Shown in pieces: positions 1 to 8,754 of a stretch of DNA of 64,000 nucleotides. Position 1 is the first letter of the stretch, and the number at the start of each line of letters is the position of its first letter. The stretch spans positions 36,970 to 100,969 of the forward strand of contig WOUR01000015.1 in assembly GCA_009772935.1 (NCBI GenBank). The letters run 5' to 3'. Under the pieces are notes generated by a model. That model saw only the letters and a list, made by a program, of their open reading frames with translations, did not search any database and was not told the DNA's origin. Source of the stretch: Rhodospirillaceae bacterium. Its GTDB lineage: Bacteria > Pseudomonadota > Alphaproteobacteria > Reyranellales > Reyranellaceae. Both the position numbers and the translations under genes were made by a program.

Positions 1-222
1 CCCTACGGCCTGCTCGGCCCCAAGGGCATGCCACCGGCCATCGTCGACACGCTCTACCGGGCCTTCAAGCAGGCCTCGACCGAGCCGAAGGTGACCGAGT
101 ATCTCGCGAAGTTCATCCAGGTCCCGTGGGACAAGAACCCTGCCGAATTCCGCGCCTTCGCCGAGAAGTATTATGCCGAAGTGAAGCCGCTGCTCATCAA
201 GGCCGGCCTCGCGAAGCCCTGA
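1..222 (+). CDS. Bug/TctC-type tripartite tricarboxylate transporter substrate-binding protein, C-terminal fragment (runs off window start)
   Basis: In-frame YGLLGPKGMPPAIVDTL...PAEFRAF...KAGL resembles the Bug/TctC C-terminus; compare 35712..36677. Confidence 0.75.
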   Translation, partial: PYGLLGPKGMPPAIVDTLYRAFKQASTEPKVTEYLAKFIQVPWDKNPAEFRAFAEKYYAEVKPLLIKAGLAKP

Positions 223-235
223 ACAGGAGATTGTC

Positions 236-574
236 ATGGCGTTGAAGAAGGTGGCCCTCGAGATCGGCATGGGCACCGACATAAGGGGCGGCGACTATAC
301 CAAGGCCGCGGTCCGCGCCCTGCGTGATGCGCTGTGGCACAACTCGCTCACCGTCGCGACGGCGCTCGGCAAGTCGAGCGACGACATGGTGGTCGAGGTC
401 CTGATCGGCGTGCCCCGGCCTGACAAGGTCGACACCGCCCAGGTGCTGGCGGTGCTGCCGCACGGCACCGGCACGGTGAAAGTGGTCGAGGGCGGCCTGG
501 AAATCACCAACGAAGCCGGCACGGACAAGACGGTGATCGCCCAGGCGGCCGCCATCGTCCGGCTCGATCTGTAA
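236..574 (+). CDS. Lin0512 family protein (copy 1)
   Basis: LEIGMGTDIRGGDYTKAAVRALRDALWHNSL motif; GGAGA RBS upstream. Confidence 0.8.
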   Translation: MALKKVALEIGMGTDIRGGDYTKAAVRALRDALWHNSLTVATALGKSSDDMVVEVLIGVPRPDKVDTAQVLAVLPHGTGTVKVVEGGLEITNEAGTDKTVIAQAAAIVRLDL

Positions 575-587
575 GGGAACCAAGACC

Positions 588-938
588 ATGACCGCCAAGC
601 GCGTGATCCTCGAACTCGGCACCGGCAACGATCTGCACGGCGGCGACTATACCAAGGCCGCCCTGCGTGCCGTGCAGGATGCCCTGCACCACTCCTCGCT
701 CGCGATGATCCGGACCCTCAAGATCGACACCAAGACGGGCATGTTCGTCGACGTCACGATCGGCGTGCAACAGCCCGACAAGGTCGACGCCGAGAAGGTG
801 AAGGCCTCCCTGCCGCACGGCATCGTGACCGTGAAGGTGGTCAAGGGCGGCCTCGACATCGCCGATCCGGAGAACAACGATCCGGCGGTGATCGCCAGCG
901 CCGCCATCGCGGTGCGCATGGAGATCCCGGAACGCTGA
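588..938 (+). CDS. Lin0512 family protein (copy 2)
   Basis: LELGTGNDLHGGDYTKAALRAVQDALHHSSL; clear paralog of 236..574. Confidence 0.8.
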   Translation: MTAKRVILELGTGNDLHGGDYTKAALRAVQDALHHSSLAMIRTLKIDTKTGMFVDVTIGVQQPDKVDAEKVKASLPHGIVTVKVVKGGLDIADPENNDPAVIASAAIAVRMEIPER

Positions 939-954
939 GACCGCCTCGGAGGCC

Positions 955-1179
955 TCAGCCGCGCGCGGCGCGGCCCATGAACAGGAGGCCGGCGCCGGCG
1001 ATCACGGCGACGATGCCGGCGATGGTGGGAATGGGAATGGTGCGCTGTTCGTCGGCCGTGACCTTAAGGGGGCCGGCATCGACGATGGTCTTGCGCTCGG
1101 TGAACGAGATATTGTCGATCGCGAGGCCGGCGATACCGATCGCGATCAGAAGGACGCCCAGAATTGCCATCGGCTTCAT
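955..1179 (-). CDS. small membrane protein (DUF3185-like)
   Basis: Two hydrophobic helices flanking SFTERKTIVDAGPLKVTADE. Confidence 0.65.
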   Translation of the reverse strand: MKPMAILGVLLIAIGIAGLAIDNISFTERKTIVDAGPLKVTADEQRTIPIPTIAGIVAVIAGAGLLFMGRAARG

Positions 1180-1201
1180 GCCGTAAACTCCCCTATTGGC
1201 T

Positions 1202-1230
1202 CCCCGGACAACGCAAGTCGTCGTCCGGGG
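1202..1230 (-). terminator. hairpin CCCCGGAC...GTCCGGGG just after the selenoprotein stop; probable terminator
   Basis: 8-bp GC-rich inverted repeat about 16 nt downstream of the stop at 1246. Confidence 0.5.
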
Positions 1231-1245
1231 TTGCCGAATGGGGAT

Positions 1246-1773
1246 TCAGGCCTCGGACCGAACCAGCATCGCCAAGCCCTGCTCGATGGCCGTGCGGGCC
1301 ATGGCGCGGAGCTGGTCGTCGGTCGCGCTGCTGACCGGATGGCCAATCTGGGCGAAGGCATAGCCCGGTATGCCGAGCACGCGGCTCATCATCTCGGCGG
1401 CACTCGCGAACCGCGTGGTCATCACGCTGAACGCCGGAACTTCAAGTCTTTCAGCGGTGACTGAGTCGTGCAGACTGCACGATGAGCAGGAGCCTCAATC
1501 CCCTAAACCAGAAACCACGGCATCCCAGCCCTTGATCTCCGCTACGATGTGCGGATCCGCCGGCGCGCTGTAGTTCGACTTGGTGCGGCTCACCACCTTG
1601 GCGACGCCGTATTCCTCGCGCAGGATCTGGTCGAGGTGCTTGAAGAAGCCCTTCGTGCCTTCCTTGCCATTCGAGATGAAGCCCACCGTCTTGCCTTCCA
1701 GCGTGTCGAGGCGCGGTGCGAGCCGGCCGGCCGGCGGGGCGGTGCCCGGCGTGGGATCGAGAACTTCGAACAT
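1246..1773 (-). CDS. UGSC family selenoprotein (175 aa, Sec93 from in-frame TGA at 1497-1495)
   Basis: Manual translation MFEVLDP...VVSGLGD-TGA-GSCSSCSLHD...MLVRSEA* stays open across the TGA; UxxC plus CxxC; GAGG RBS before ATG 1773. Confidence 0.88.
1466..1482 (-). promoter_or_regulatory. putative bacterial SECIS hairpin (UCGUGCA-GUC-UGCACGA)
   Basis: 7-bp stem starting 12 nt 3' of the UGA; apical GCAGUCUGCAC resembles E. coli fdhF SECIS apical GCAGGUCUGCAC (recalled). Confidence 0.75.
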
Positions 1774-1784
1774 GGTGTTTCCTC

Positions 1785-2840
1785 TTACTTCTTGGGAGGT
1801 TCGCAATCGACGCAGACGCCGATCGGCAAGGTGACGGCATAGCTCTTGTTGCCGAGCCAGGGCGGGATGACGGCGCCGAAGCCGCCCGCGGGACCGCCGG
1901 CCGCCACGACCAGCAGCTGGTCGGGCGAATCCATCGCGGAATAGACACTGTCGCCGCGGTCGCGGACCACGGCGCCCTTGCCGACCTCGGCCCATTCGCG
2001 GCGATGGATGCGGGCGCGCTCATGGATGAAGGTGGCGACGTCGGCCTTGGTCCAGCCGCCCGCCTGCAGATGCTCGCGCAACTGCTTGGGAATGATCAGC
2101 GCGTAGTTGCCAGGATGGATCGAGTAATGGCGCATGTTGGCGCGCATCTCGGCCGCGAAGGTCTCGAGGATCTCCTCCGGCTTGGTCGTCCATTCGTTCA
2201 TCAGCTGGCGCGGCGCACCGGCCGCCATCACCGTCACGGAAGACGCGCCCTTCGGCACGCCGCGATGCTCGGCCAGCGGAAGCCAGGTCGTGTCCTCCTC
2301 GTCCTCGGCCACGCAGTAGCTGAACTTGCCGGGATGGCCGAGGGTCGAACGGTCTATCACGCCCGGCCGGTCGTCGAGCAGGTTGATCAGGCAGAGCCGG
2401 ATGGCGCGCCCGATGACCGCCGTTGCGCGATCGGAGTTGGCGAGCGCGTTGAACGAACCGCTGGCGCCGATCTCCAGGCGGATCGGCCCGTTCAGGATGA
2501 CCAGCACCGCGCAGCCACCGGTGCTTGCGGTGGCTCCATGCATCAGAAATTCCTCCTGCATCATGGCAGTCCAGGCCGTCACGACGACCGGGAAGTGCAT
2601 GGGCAGGCAACCCGCCATTACGGCGTTGATGGCGAGCTTCTCGGCGGTGATGGCCAGGCCCCGCACCGGCTCGATGCCGATCAGCTGGTCGGGCGGCATC
2701 ATCACCCATTCGAGGCATTCCTGAACCGCCTCGCGGGTCGGCGGCACGATGGGCAGGCCGTCGGTCCAGCCGTTGGAATGATAGAGTTCCTGGACGGCCG
2801 AGATGCTGTCGGCCGAGTAGGATCGGGATGCAAACTGCAC
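1785..2840 (-). CDS. conserved hypothetical protein (GWTDGLPIVPPT family, usual UGSC-protein partner) with C-terminal CVDC
   Basis: 351-aa ORF with GWTDGLPIVPPT and AVMAGCLP motifs; 11-nt gap to the UGSC gene. Confidence 0.75.
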   Translation of the reverse strand: MQFASRSYSADSISAVQELYHSNGWTDGLPIVPPTREAVQECLEWVMMPPDQLIGIEPVRGLAITAEKLAINAVMAGCLPMHFPVVVTAWTAMMQEEFLMHGATASTGGCAVLVILNGPIRLEIGASGSFNALANSDRATAVIGRAIRLCLINLLDDRPGVIDRSTLGHPGKFSYCVAEDEEDTTWLPLAEHRGVPKGASSVTVMAAGAPRQLMNEWTTKPEEILETFAAEMRANMRHYSIHPGNYALIIPKQLREHLQAGGWTKADVATFIHERARIHRREWAEVGKGAVVRDRGDSVYSAMDSPDQLLVVAAGGPAGGFGAVIPPWLGNKSYAVTLPIGVCVDCEPPKK

Positions 2841-2954
2841 GTTTTTCCTCCACCGCTCCGCGCACAGGACGCCGGACAGTCTTTTGCCAAGAATAGACCT
2901 CTCTGCGCCTATGCCAACCGCAACCTGATAGCCATGATTATTCCACTTGACGCA

Positions 2955-3875
2955 TCAAAGCCGGACGGGTTTCGGCCAGGCCCGTCGCGCCAGCGCCAGG
3001 AAGCCGGCCGCCGGCGGTGACGGCTCACGTTCCCGCAGGAGAACAATGCCGAGGCGACGCGAGAGTTTCGGCTCGCCGAGCGGGATGGCGCGCAGGTCGC
3101 GACCGAGGAAGAGACCTGTCGCGCCGGTCGGCACGATGGCGAGCCCTACGCCGGCCCGGACACACCCCATCAAGGTGGCGAACTGACTGACGATGACGAT
3201 CTGGCGCAAGGTGAGGCCCGCGACCGCGGCGGCGGCATCAATCGTCCGACGGGTGCGTGCGTCGCTGGGCAGCGCCACCAGGGGCTCGTCACGCAACTCC
3301 GCGAGTGCGATCGTGCGGCGCGAGGCCAACCGATGGCGCCGGGGTACGACCAGGCAGAACGTCTCGCGCTGCAGCGCCTCGCCTGACATCGCATCGGGCA
3401 ATTCATCGACATAGGCGAGGCCGATGTCGGCGATACCGCTGCGCACCGCTTCCAGCACGCTGCCATGCACGCCTTCCTGGACATGGATCTCGATGCCCGG
3501 CCGGTCGGCGCGGTAGGCGGCAAGCAGCAACGGCAGCGTACCGCTGGCCACCGACATGATGCTGGCAATCGCGAGCCGGCCGCGTTGTTCCTCGGCGACC
3601 TCGCGGATGGACCGCACCGTAATCCGCAGGTCGTTCAGCATGCGCTCCGCCACCGCCGCGAACTCGCGGCCGGCCGGCGTGATCTGGACATGCCGCGTGC
3701 TGCGCTCGAACAGGCGCACGCCCAAGGCCGTCTCGACCCGCTTGATCGTGCGGGTCAGCGCCGGTTGCGAGATACGCAGCCGCGACGCCGCGGCGATGAA
3801 GCTGCCATACTCGCCGACGGCGAGGACCGCCTCGAGCTGGCGGGCACTGAAATCCGGCAGGGTCGGCTGGGCCAT
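2955..3875 (-). CDS. LysR family transcriptional regulator
   Basis: N-terminal HTH GSFIAAASRLRISQPALTRTIKRVE...LFERSTR. Confidence 0.95.
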   Translation of the reverse strand: MAQPTLPDFSARQLEAVLAVGEYGSFIAAASRLRISQPALTRTIKRVETALGVRLFERSTRHVQITPAGREFAAVAERMLNDLRITVRSIREVAEEQRGRLAIASIMSVASGTLPLLLAAYRADRPGIEIHVQEGVHGSVLEAVRSGIADIGLAYVDELPDAMSGEALQRETFCLVVPRRHRLASRRTIALAELRDEPLVALPSDARTRRTIDAAAAVAGLTLRQIVIVSQFATLMGCVRAGVGLAIVPTGATGLFLGRDLRAIPLGEPKLSRRLGIVLLREREPSPPAAGFLALARRAWPKPVRL

Positions 3876-3904
3876 TGCAGCTCACGCTTGAGAAGAAGAA
3901 GGAA

Positions 3905-3993
3905 CCCTCACTGCGTTCGGGATGACACGGTTTTCTTCATCGGCGCACCACGCCTACCCCCCAGCAACTGTGTCATCCCGAACGCAGTGAGGG
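3905..3993. repeat. REP-like element: perfect 24-bp inverted repeat (3905-3928 / 3970-3993), 41-nt spacer
   Basis: CCCTCACTGCGTTCGGGATGACAC and its exact reverse complement. Confidence 0.9.
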
Positions 3994-4025
3994 ATCCTTG
4001 CTCATATCCGTGCACCCAGCGACGA

Positions 4026-5105
4026 CTAAGCCGCCAGCATGCGCCCGGGGTTGCGCTCGCGCAGGATCGGCATGATCCACTTGCCGAACCGCTCCGCCTC
4101 CTCGTCGTGCAGGTACCCTGACAGGCAAAAGGAGTGGCAGCCGAGATCGATGAACTTCTGCAACGTGTCGGCGCACTGTTCGGGATCGCCGACGATGGCG
4201 ATGCCGGCGCCTGGCCTGACCTGGGTGATGCCAGTCCACAGATGCGGCTCGATGGTCTCGCCGATCGCCGCCAGCTCGCGCACGCGGCGGTTGGCTTCGG
4301 AGGTCGCGAAGCGCTCCTTCACGAAGGCCTTCTGCGCCTCGCTGGCATGTTCGACCAGCCCGTGGGCGAAGTCCCAGGCTTCCTTCTCGGTCGGCCGGCA
4401 GACGACCTGCAGCCGCATGCCGAAGCCGATGTCCTTCTCCCGGCCGTGGCGCGCCGCCATCGACTTGATCTCGGCCATGTTGGCGCGGATGCGCTCGTAG
4501 GTGTCGCCCCAGAAGAGGTGCACGTCGGAATGCTTGGCGGAAATCTCCCAGGCCTGCTTCGAGCCGCCGCCGAGATAGAAGCGCGGATGCGGCTGCTGCA
4601 ACGGATAGGGCCGGATCTGCGCACCCTTCAGCTGATAGAACTTGCCGTCGAAGTTCACCGGACCCTTCGTGGTCCACAGCGCCTTCAGGATCGAGACTTC
4701 CTCGTCCATGATCTCGTAGCGCTCTTCCTTGCCCCACTTGATGCCTTCGGAGGCATTCTCGGCCTCGCTCTGGCCGGCGATCAGGTTGATGCAGATGCGC
4801 CCGCCCGAGAGCTGGTCGAAGGCGGTGATCATCTTGGCCAGCAGCACGGGGTTGATGTAGCTCGGCCGCGCTGCCACCAGCATGCGCATCGATTTGGAGC
4901 GCGCCACCATCATCGCGCTGGTGATCCAGGCCTCCCAGCAGGCCGTCTGGACCGGCACCAGCATGTACTCGAAGCCCGCTGCCTCGGCCGCGCCGACGAT
5001 CCTGTCGAACAGCTCGAGCGACGGCGGCACCTGCGCGCTCGGCAATCCATAGGCTGTCGTGTCGCCCGCGGTGGGCAGGAACCAGCCGAATTCGAGTTTG
5101 CGCAT
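4026..5105 (-). CDS. LLM class flavin-dependent monooxygenase (SsuD-like)
   Basis: FGWFLPTAGD, AEAAGFEYML, FDQLSGGRICINLIAG, FYLGGGS, FCLSGY motifs. Confidence 0.9.
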   Translation of the reverse strand: MRKLEFGWFLPTAGDTTAYGLPSAQVPPSLELFDRIVGAAEAAGFEYMLVPVQTACWEAWITSAMMVARSKSMRMLVAARPSYINPVLLAKMITAFDQLSGGRICINLIAGQSEAENASEGIKWGKEERYEIMDEEVSILKALWTTKGPVNFDGKFYQLKGAQIRPYPLQQPHPRFYLGGGSKQAWEISAKHSDVHLFWGDTYERIRANMAEIKSMAARHGREKDIGFGMRLQVVCRPTEKEAWDFAHGLVEHASEAQKAFVKERFATSEANRRVRELAAIGETIEPHLWTGITQVRPGAGIAIVGDPEQCADTLQKFIDLGCHSFCLSGYLHDEEAERFGKWIMPILRERNPGRMLAA

Positions 5106-5205
5106 GAGATCCGTTTCCTTCCGTTGGCAGCTTAGCGCAATTCATTGTGGTCGCGACCGTCTGGAAACGGCACGATCCGCGCCACCATAAGGGGGAGACG
5201 GGTAG

Positions 5206-6819
5206 ATGCTGCAACATGGCAGGCGTCCGACAATCGCATCGCGGCACGGCATGGTCGCGGCGGCCCATCCGCTGGCGGCGGCGGCCGGCGCGCGTATCTT
5301 GTCGAGCGGCGGCAATGCCTTCGATGCGGCGGTCGCAACTGCAGCGGCACTGAACGTCGTCGAACCCTACATGTCTGGGCTTGCCGGCCGCGGCGTCGCG
5401 ACCTGCTACATCGCCACCGAAAAGCGTGTCCGCACGCTCGACTTCGTCGGGCCGATCTCGAAGAACTTCCCGATCGACAGGCTGAGCAATCGCGCGCAAT
5501 TGCAGCGCGGGGCCGTGGCCGTCGGCGCGCCGGGCAATCTCGCCGGCTGGTGCGAGCTGAACAGCAGCCACGGCAAGAAGAAGCTGGCGGAGCTCTTCGC
5601 GCCAGCGATCGCCCTTGCACGCGACGGCTTCCAGCTGATCGAATTCAATCTCGAGGAAATGCAGGCCGTCGCGGGCGACCTTGCGACCCACAAGGCGCTG
5701 CATCCCGAATGGTCGCGGGTCTATACCGGCGGTGCCGGCACGGTGAAGCCGGGCTTCGTGCTGAAGCAGCCCGACCTTGCGCGCACCCTCGAGGCGCTGG
5801 CGAGCGAAGGGCCCAGCCTGCTCTACGGCGGCGCGCTGGGCCAGAAGATCCTCGACCGGCTGGACGAGTTGGGCGGCTGCATGGTCATGGACGACCTGCT
5901 GGCCGCCAAGGCCACCTGGCGCGACCCGGTCTCCGTCACCTATCGCGGCCGCACGGTCCACGTGCCGCCCCCGCCCTGTGAGGGTTTCCAGTTCCTGCTG
6001 ACCCTGCGCATCCTGGAAGGCTTCGACCTCGCCGCGATGAAGCGCAATTCGACCGAGCATCTCGACACGGTGCTGCGCGCCGTCCGCCTCGCTGCCGGCG
6101 TGCGCATCGCGGCCGGCGTGCCGTCGCCGCAGAAGCTGGCCGAGATCCTGTCGGACGGCCATGTCGAGATGCTGCGCGCCCGCGTGCGCGACGGTAAGCC
6201 GGTGGTCGGCCCCACCGAACAGTGGATGCCGCCTCAGCAGCCGGTCCCGGCGACCGACGAGAGCCACACCACCTCCTTCTCGATCGCCGACAACGAGGGC
6301 AACCTGATCTGCCTGACACAGAGCCTGGGCAGCGTCTTCGGCTCGGGCGTCGTGGTGCCCGGCACCGGCCTCTGCCTCAACAACTTCCTCTACTGGGCCG
6401 ACGTGAACCCGCAGAGCCCCAACCGCGTAAAGCCGGGCGACCAGCTGCCGATGTGCATGGCGCCGTCGATCTCGACCCGGGACGGCAGCCCGATCCTCGC
6501 GCTGGGCACCCCCGGAAGCTACGGCATCCTGCAGACCCAGCCGCAGGCGATGGTCCAGCATGTCGACTTCGGCCTGCCGCTGCAGCAGGCGATCGAGGCG
6601 CCACGCGGCCGCCTGACCGACGGCGCCGCCGTGCTGCTGGAGTCGCGCCTGTCGCCGGAGGTCCATGCCGACCTTCGCAAGCTCGGACACGACATCACGA
6701 CCGGGCCGGAATGGACCTGGAGCGTGGGCGGCATGCAGGGCGTCGCGGTCGACCCCGAGACCGGTATCTTCACCGGCGGCTGCGATCCCCGCCGCGACGG
6801 CTACTGCGTCCCGGCGTAA
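5206..6819 (+). CDS. ggt: gamma-glutamyltransferase family protein
   Basis: GGNAFDAAVATAAALNVVEPYMSGLAG; HTTSFSIAD (N-terminal nucleophile Thr); LNN; DPRRDG. Confidence 0.9.
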   Translation: MLQHGRRPTIASRHGMVAAAHPLAAAAGARILSSGGNAFDAAVATAAALNVVEPYMSGLAGRGVATCYIATEKRVRTLDFVGPISKNFPIDRLSNRAQLQRGAVAVGAPGNLAGWCELNSSHGKKKLAELFAPAIALARDGFQLIEFNLEEMQAVAGDLATHKALHPEWSRVYTGGAGTVKPGFVLKQPDLARTLEALASEGPSLLYGGALGQKILDRLDELGGCMVMDDLLAAKATWRDPVSVTYRGRTVHVPPPPCEGFQFLLTLRILEGFDLAAMKRNSTEHLDTVLRAVRLAAGVRIAAGVPSPQKLAEILSDGHVEMLRARVRDGKPVVGPTEQWMPPQQPVPATDESHTTSFSIADNEGNLICLTQSLGSVFGSGVVVPGTGLCLNNFLYWADVNPQSPNRVKPGDQLPMCMAPSISTRDGSPILALGTPGSYGILQTQPQAMVQHVDFGLPLQQAIEAPRGRLTDGAAVLLESRLSPEVHADLRKLGHDITTGPEWTWSVGGMQGVAVDPETGIFTGGCDPRRDGYCVPA

Positions 6820-6825
6820 AATCAC

Positions 6826-6902
6826 CTTCCTCCCCATTCAAATGGGGGAGGTAGCGGCGTATCGCGGCTTGTAACCAAGCCACTGAGCCGACGGAGGGTC
6901 AT
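6826..6902. repeat. intergenic palindromic element (CCTCCCC...GGGGGAGG...GACGGAGGG type)
   Basis: Hairpin CCTCCCCAT-TCAA-ATGGGGGAGG right after the ggt stop; resembles alphaproteobacterial intergenic repeats. Confidence 0.55.
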
Positions 6903-7062
6903 GCGTGATCGCTCAGTCTTCGGGGCTCACGGACATCGCCGTGCGATGTCCTGACGCTCGAGGAGCCGAGCTTTGCTCGGCCATTAGGCATTCCTCTTGC
7001 ACGTAGGCGCAAGGCAGGATGGAATGCGTTCCAACAAGAACGTTCAAGAAGGGGATGGGTTG

Positions 7063-8658
7063 ATGCGTAAACTGGCATGGCTCGCGATCGCCGCGATTGC
7101 CGTCATCGGCGCCGGCACGGCGAACGCGCAGCAGACGCCGCGCAAGGGCGGCACGCTCCGGATGACAGCCCCCTACGCCGCGAGCTTCGGCAGTCTCGAT
7201 CCGCACGTGACGCCGCGCGCTCAGGACGACATCGTCGGCAAGGCGCTGCAGCGCTCGCTCTACAACTGGGACACCGCCGCCAACAAGCTGACGCTGGAAC
7301 TCGCCAAATCGGTCTCGGCATCGGCCGACGGCCTCACCTACACCTTCAAGCTGCGCGACGACGCGTACTTCCACAACGGCCGCAAGATGACGGCCGACGA
7401 TGTGATCTTCTCCTTCACCCGCATCATGGACGGCAGCAAGGGCTATCCCGGCGCGCGCTACGTCCGCCTGATCAAGGGCGCGGTCGATGTCGAGAAGGGC
7501 ACCGCCAAGGAAATCTCCGGCCTGAAGAAGATCGACGACTACACGCTCGAGATGACGATCACCGACCGCGTCGACCCCGGCTACTATTTCTTCGGCGGCT
7601 CGACCGCGATCCTGCCCAAGGAAGAGGTCGAGAAGGGCAACTATGCCTCCAATCCGGTCGGCCTCGGTCCCTTCAAGTTCAAGGAGCACATCCCGGGCTC
7701 GCGCGTCGTGATGGACCGCTTCGACAAGTTCTACAAGACGGGCCAGCCCTACCTCGACAAGCTTGAGGTGCTGATCATGGCCGAAGCGGCCGCCCGCGAC
7801 GTCGCCTTCCGCAACAAGGAGATCGACACCTCGATCCTGGGCCCGGCGCAGTACGTCGCCTATCGCGCCGATCCGCAGCTCTCGAAGGGCATCCTCGAAG
7901 TGGCCGAGATGTTCACGCGCTCGATGCACATGAACCTCAATTCGATCAAGCCGTTCCAGGACAAGCGGGTGCGCCAGGCCTTCAACTACGCGATCGACTC
8001 CAACCTGATCATCTCGCGCCTGGTCAAGGACAAGGCCTATCGCGCCACCAGCTGGCTGCCGCCCTCGTCGGCCGCCTTCGACAAGACCATGAAGCCCTAC
8101 CCCTACGATCCCGAAAAGGCCAAGAAGCTGCTGGCCGAGGCGGGCTTCCCCAACGGCTTCGAATTCGAATGGACGACCAGTCAGAACGAGAGCTGGGGCC
8201 TGCCGATCGTCGAGGCGGTGATCCCGATGCTCGCCAAGGTCGGTATCAAGGCCAAGCCGAAGCTGGTCGAGGTCACGGTGCTGACCGAGATCCTGATGAA
8301 GGGCGACCACCAGGCCCTCATCGGGTCCAGCCTTACCGGACCCGATTCACTCGCGACGCTGCGCTGCTACTACTCCAAGACGCCGCGCACGGCCTGCAAC
8401 TACACCGGCTTCAACAACGCCGAGTTCGACAAGCTGCTCGACGCGGCCGCGCAGGAAGGCGACATGGCCAAGCGAGACGAGATCCTGAAGAAGGCCAACA
8501 ACCTGCTCTACGACGAGGCGCCGGTCTGGTTCTTCAACTACAACAAGGCGGTCCTGGCCTTCCAGCCGTGGGTCCACGGCCTGCAGCCCAACCCGACCGA
8601 GATCACGCACCAGTACCCGGAGAACATCTGGGTCGACGCAAGCTCGCCGGCCAAATAG
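7063..8658 (+). CDS. Opp/Dpp family ABC transporter substrate-binding protein
   Basis: Signal peptide, LDP, YTFKLRDDAYFHNG, PVGLGPFK, RVRQAFNYAID; ATG 7063 preferred over the track start. Confidence 0.92.
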   Translation: MRKLAWLAIAAIAVIGAGTANAQQTPRKGGTLRMTAPYAASFGSLDPHVTPRAQDDIVGKALQRSLYNWDTAANKLTLELAKSVSASADGLTYTFKLRDDAYFHNGRKMTADDVIFSFTRIMDGSKGYPGARYVRLIKGAVDVEKGTAKEISGLKKIDDYTLEMTITDRVDPGYYFFGGSTAILPKEEVEKGNYASNPVGLGPFKFKEHIPGSRVVMDRFDKFYKTGQPYLDKLEVLIMAEAAARDVAFRNKEIDTSILGPAQYVAYRADPQLSKGILEVAEMFTRSMHMNLNSIKPFQDKRVRQAFNYAIDSNLIISRLVKDKAYRATSWLPPSSAAFDKTMKPYPYDPEKAKKLLAEAGFPNGFEFEWTTSQNESWGLPIVEAVIPMLAKVGIKAKPKLVEVTVLTEILMKGDHQALIGSSLTGPDSLATLRCYYSKTPRTACNYTGFNNAEFDKLLDAAAQEGDMAKRDEILKKANNLLYDEAPVWFFNYNKAVLAFQPWVHGLQPNPTEITHQYPENIWVDASSPAK

Positions 8659-8677
8659 CGCCGGACAAAGAAAGTTA

Positions 8678-8742
8678 AGGGTCCCTCGCTACGCGCGGGA
8701 TGACAGCGCCTTTGTCATCCCGAGCGCCAGCCAGGGACCTTT
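8678..8742. repeat. REP-like palindrome, same GTCATCCCG...GGGA(T/C)C family as 3905-3993
   Basis: GGTCCCTCGCTACGCGCGGGATGACA...TGTCATCCCGAGCGCCAGCCAGGGACC. Confidence 0.8.
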
Positions 8743-8754
8743 AGAATCCTCGCA

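Noticed and set aside
1495-1995. 166-aa ORF ending GLGD*, or a pseudogene interpretation
   Set aside because: The N-terminal part is an off-frame overlap with the upstream gene. The real start is 1773, and the UGA plus GSC plus hairpin fits Sec recoding better than a nonsense mutation.
3973-6837. 954-aa minus-strand ORF
   Set aside because: Antisense to ggt and overlapping the LLM gene in another frame; Arg/Ala/Gly-rich with no motifs. This is a high-GC shadow ORF.
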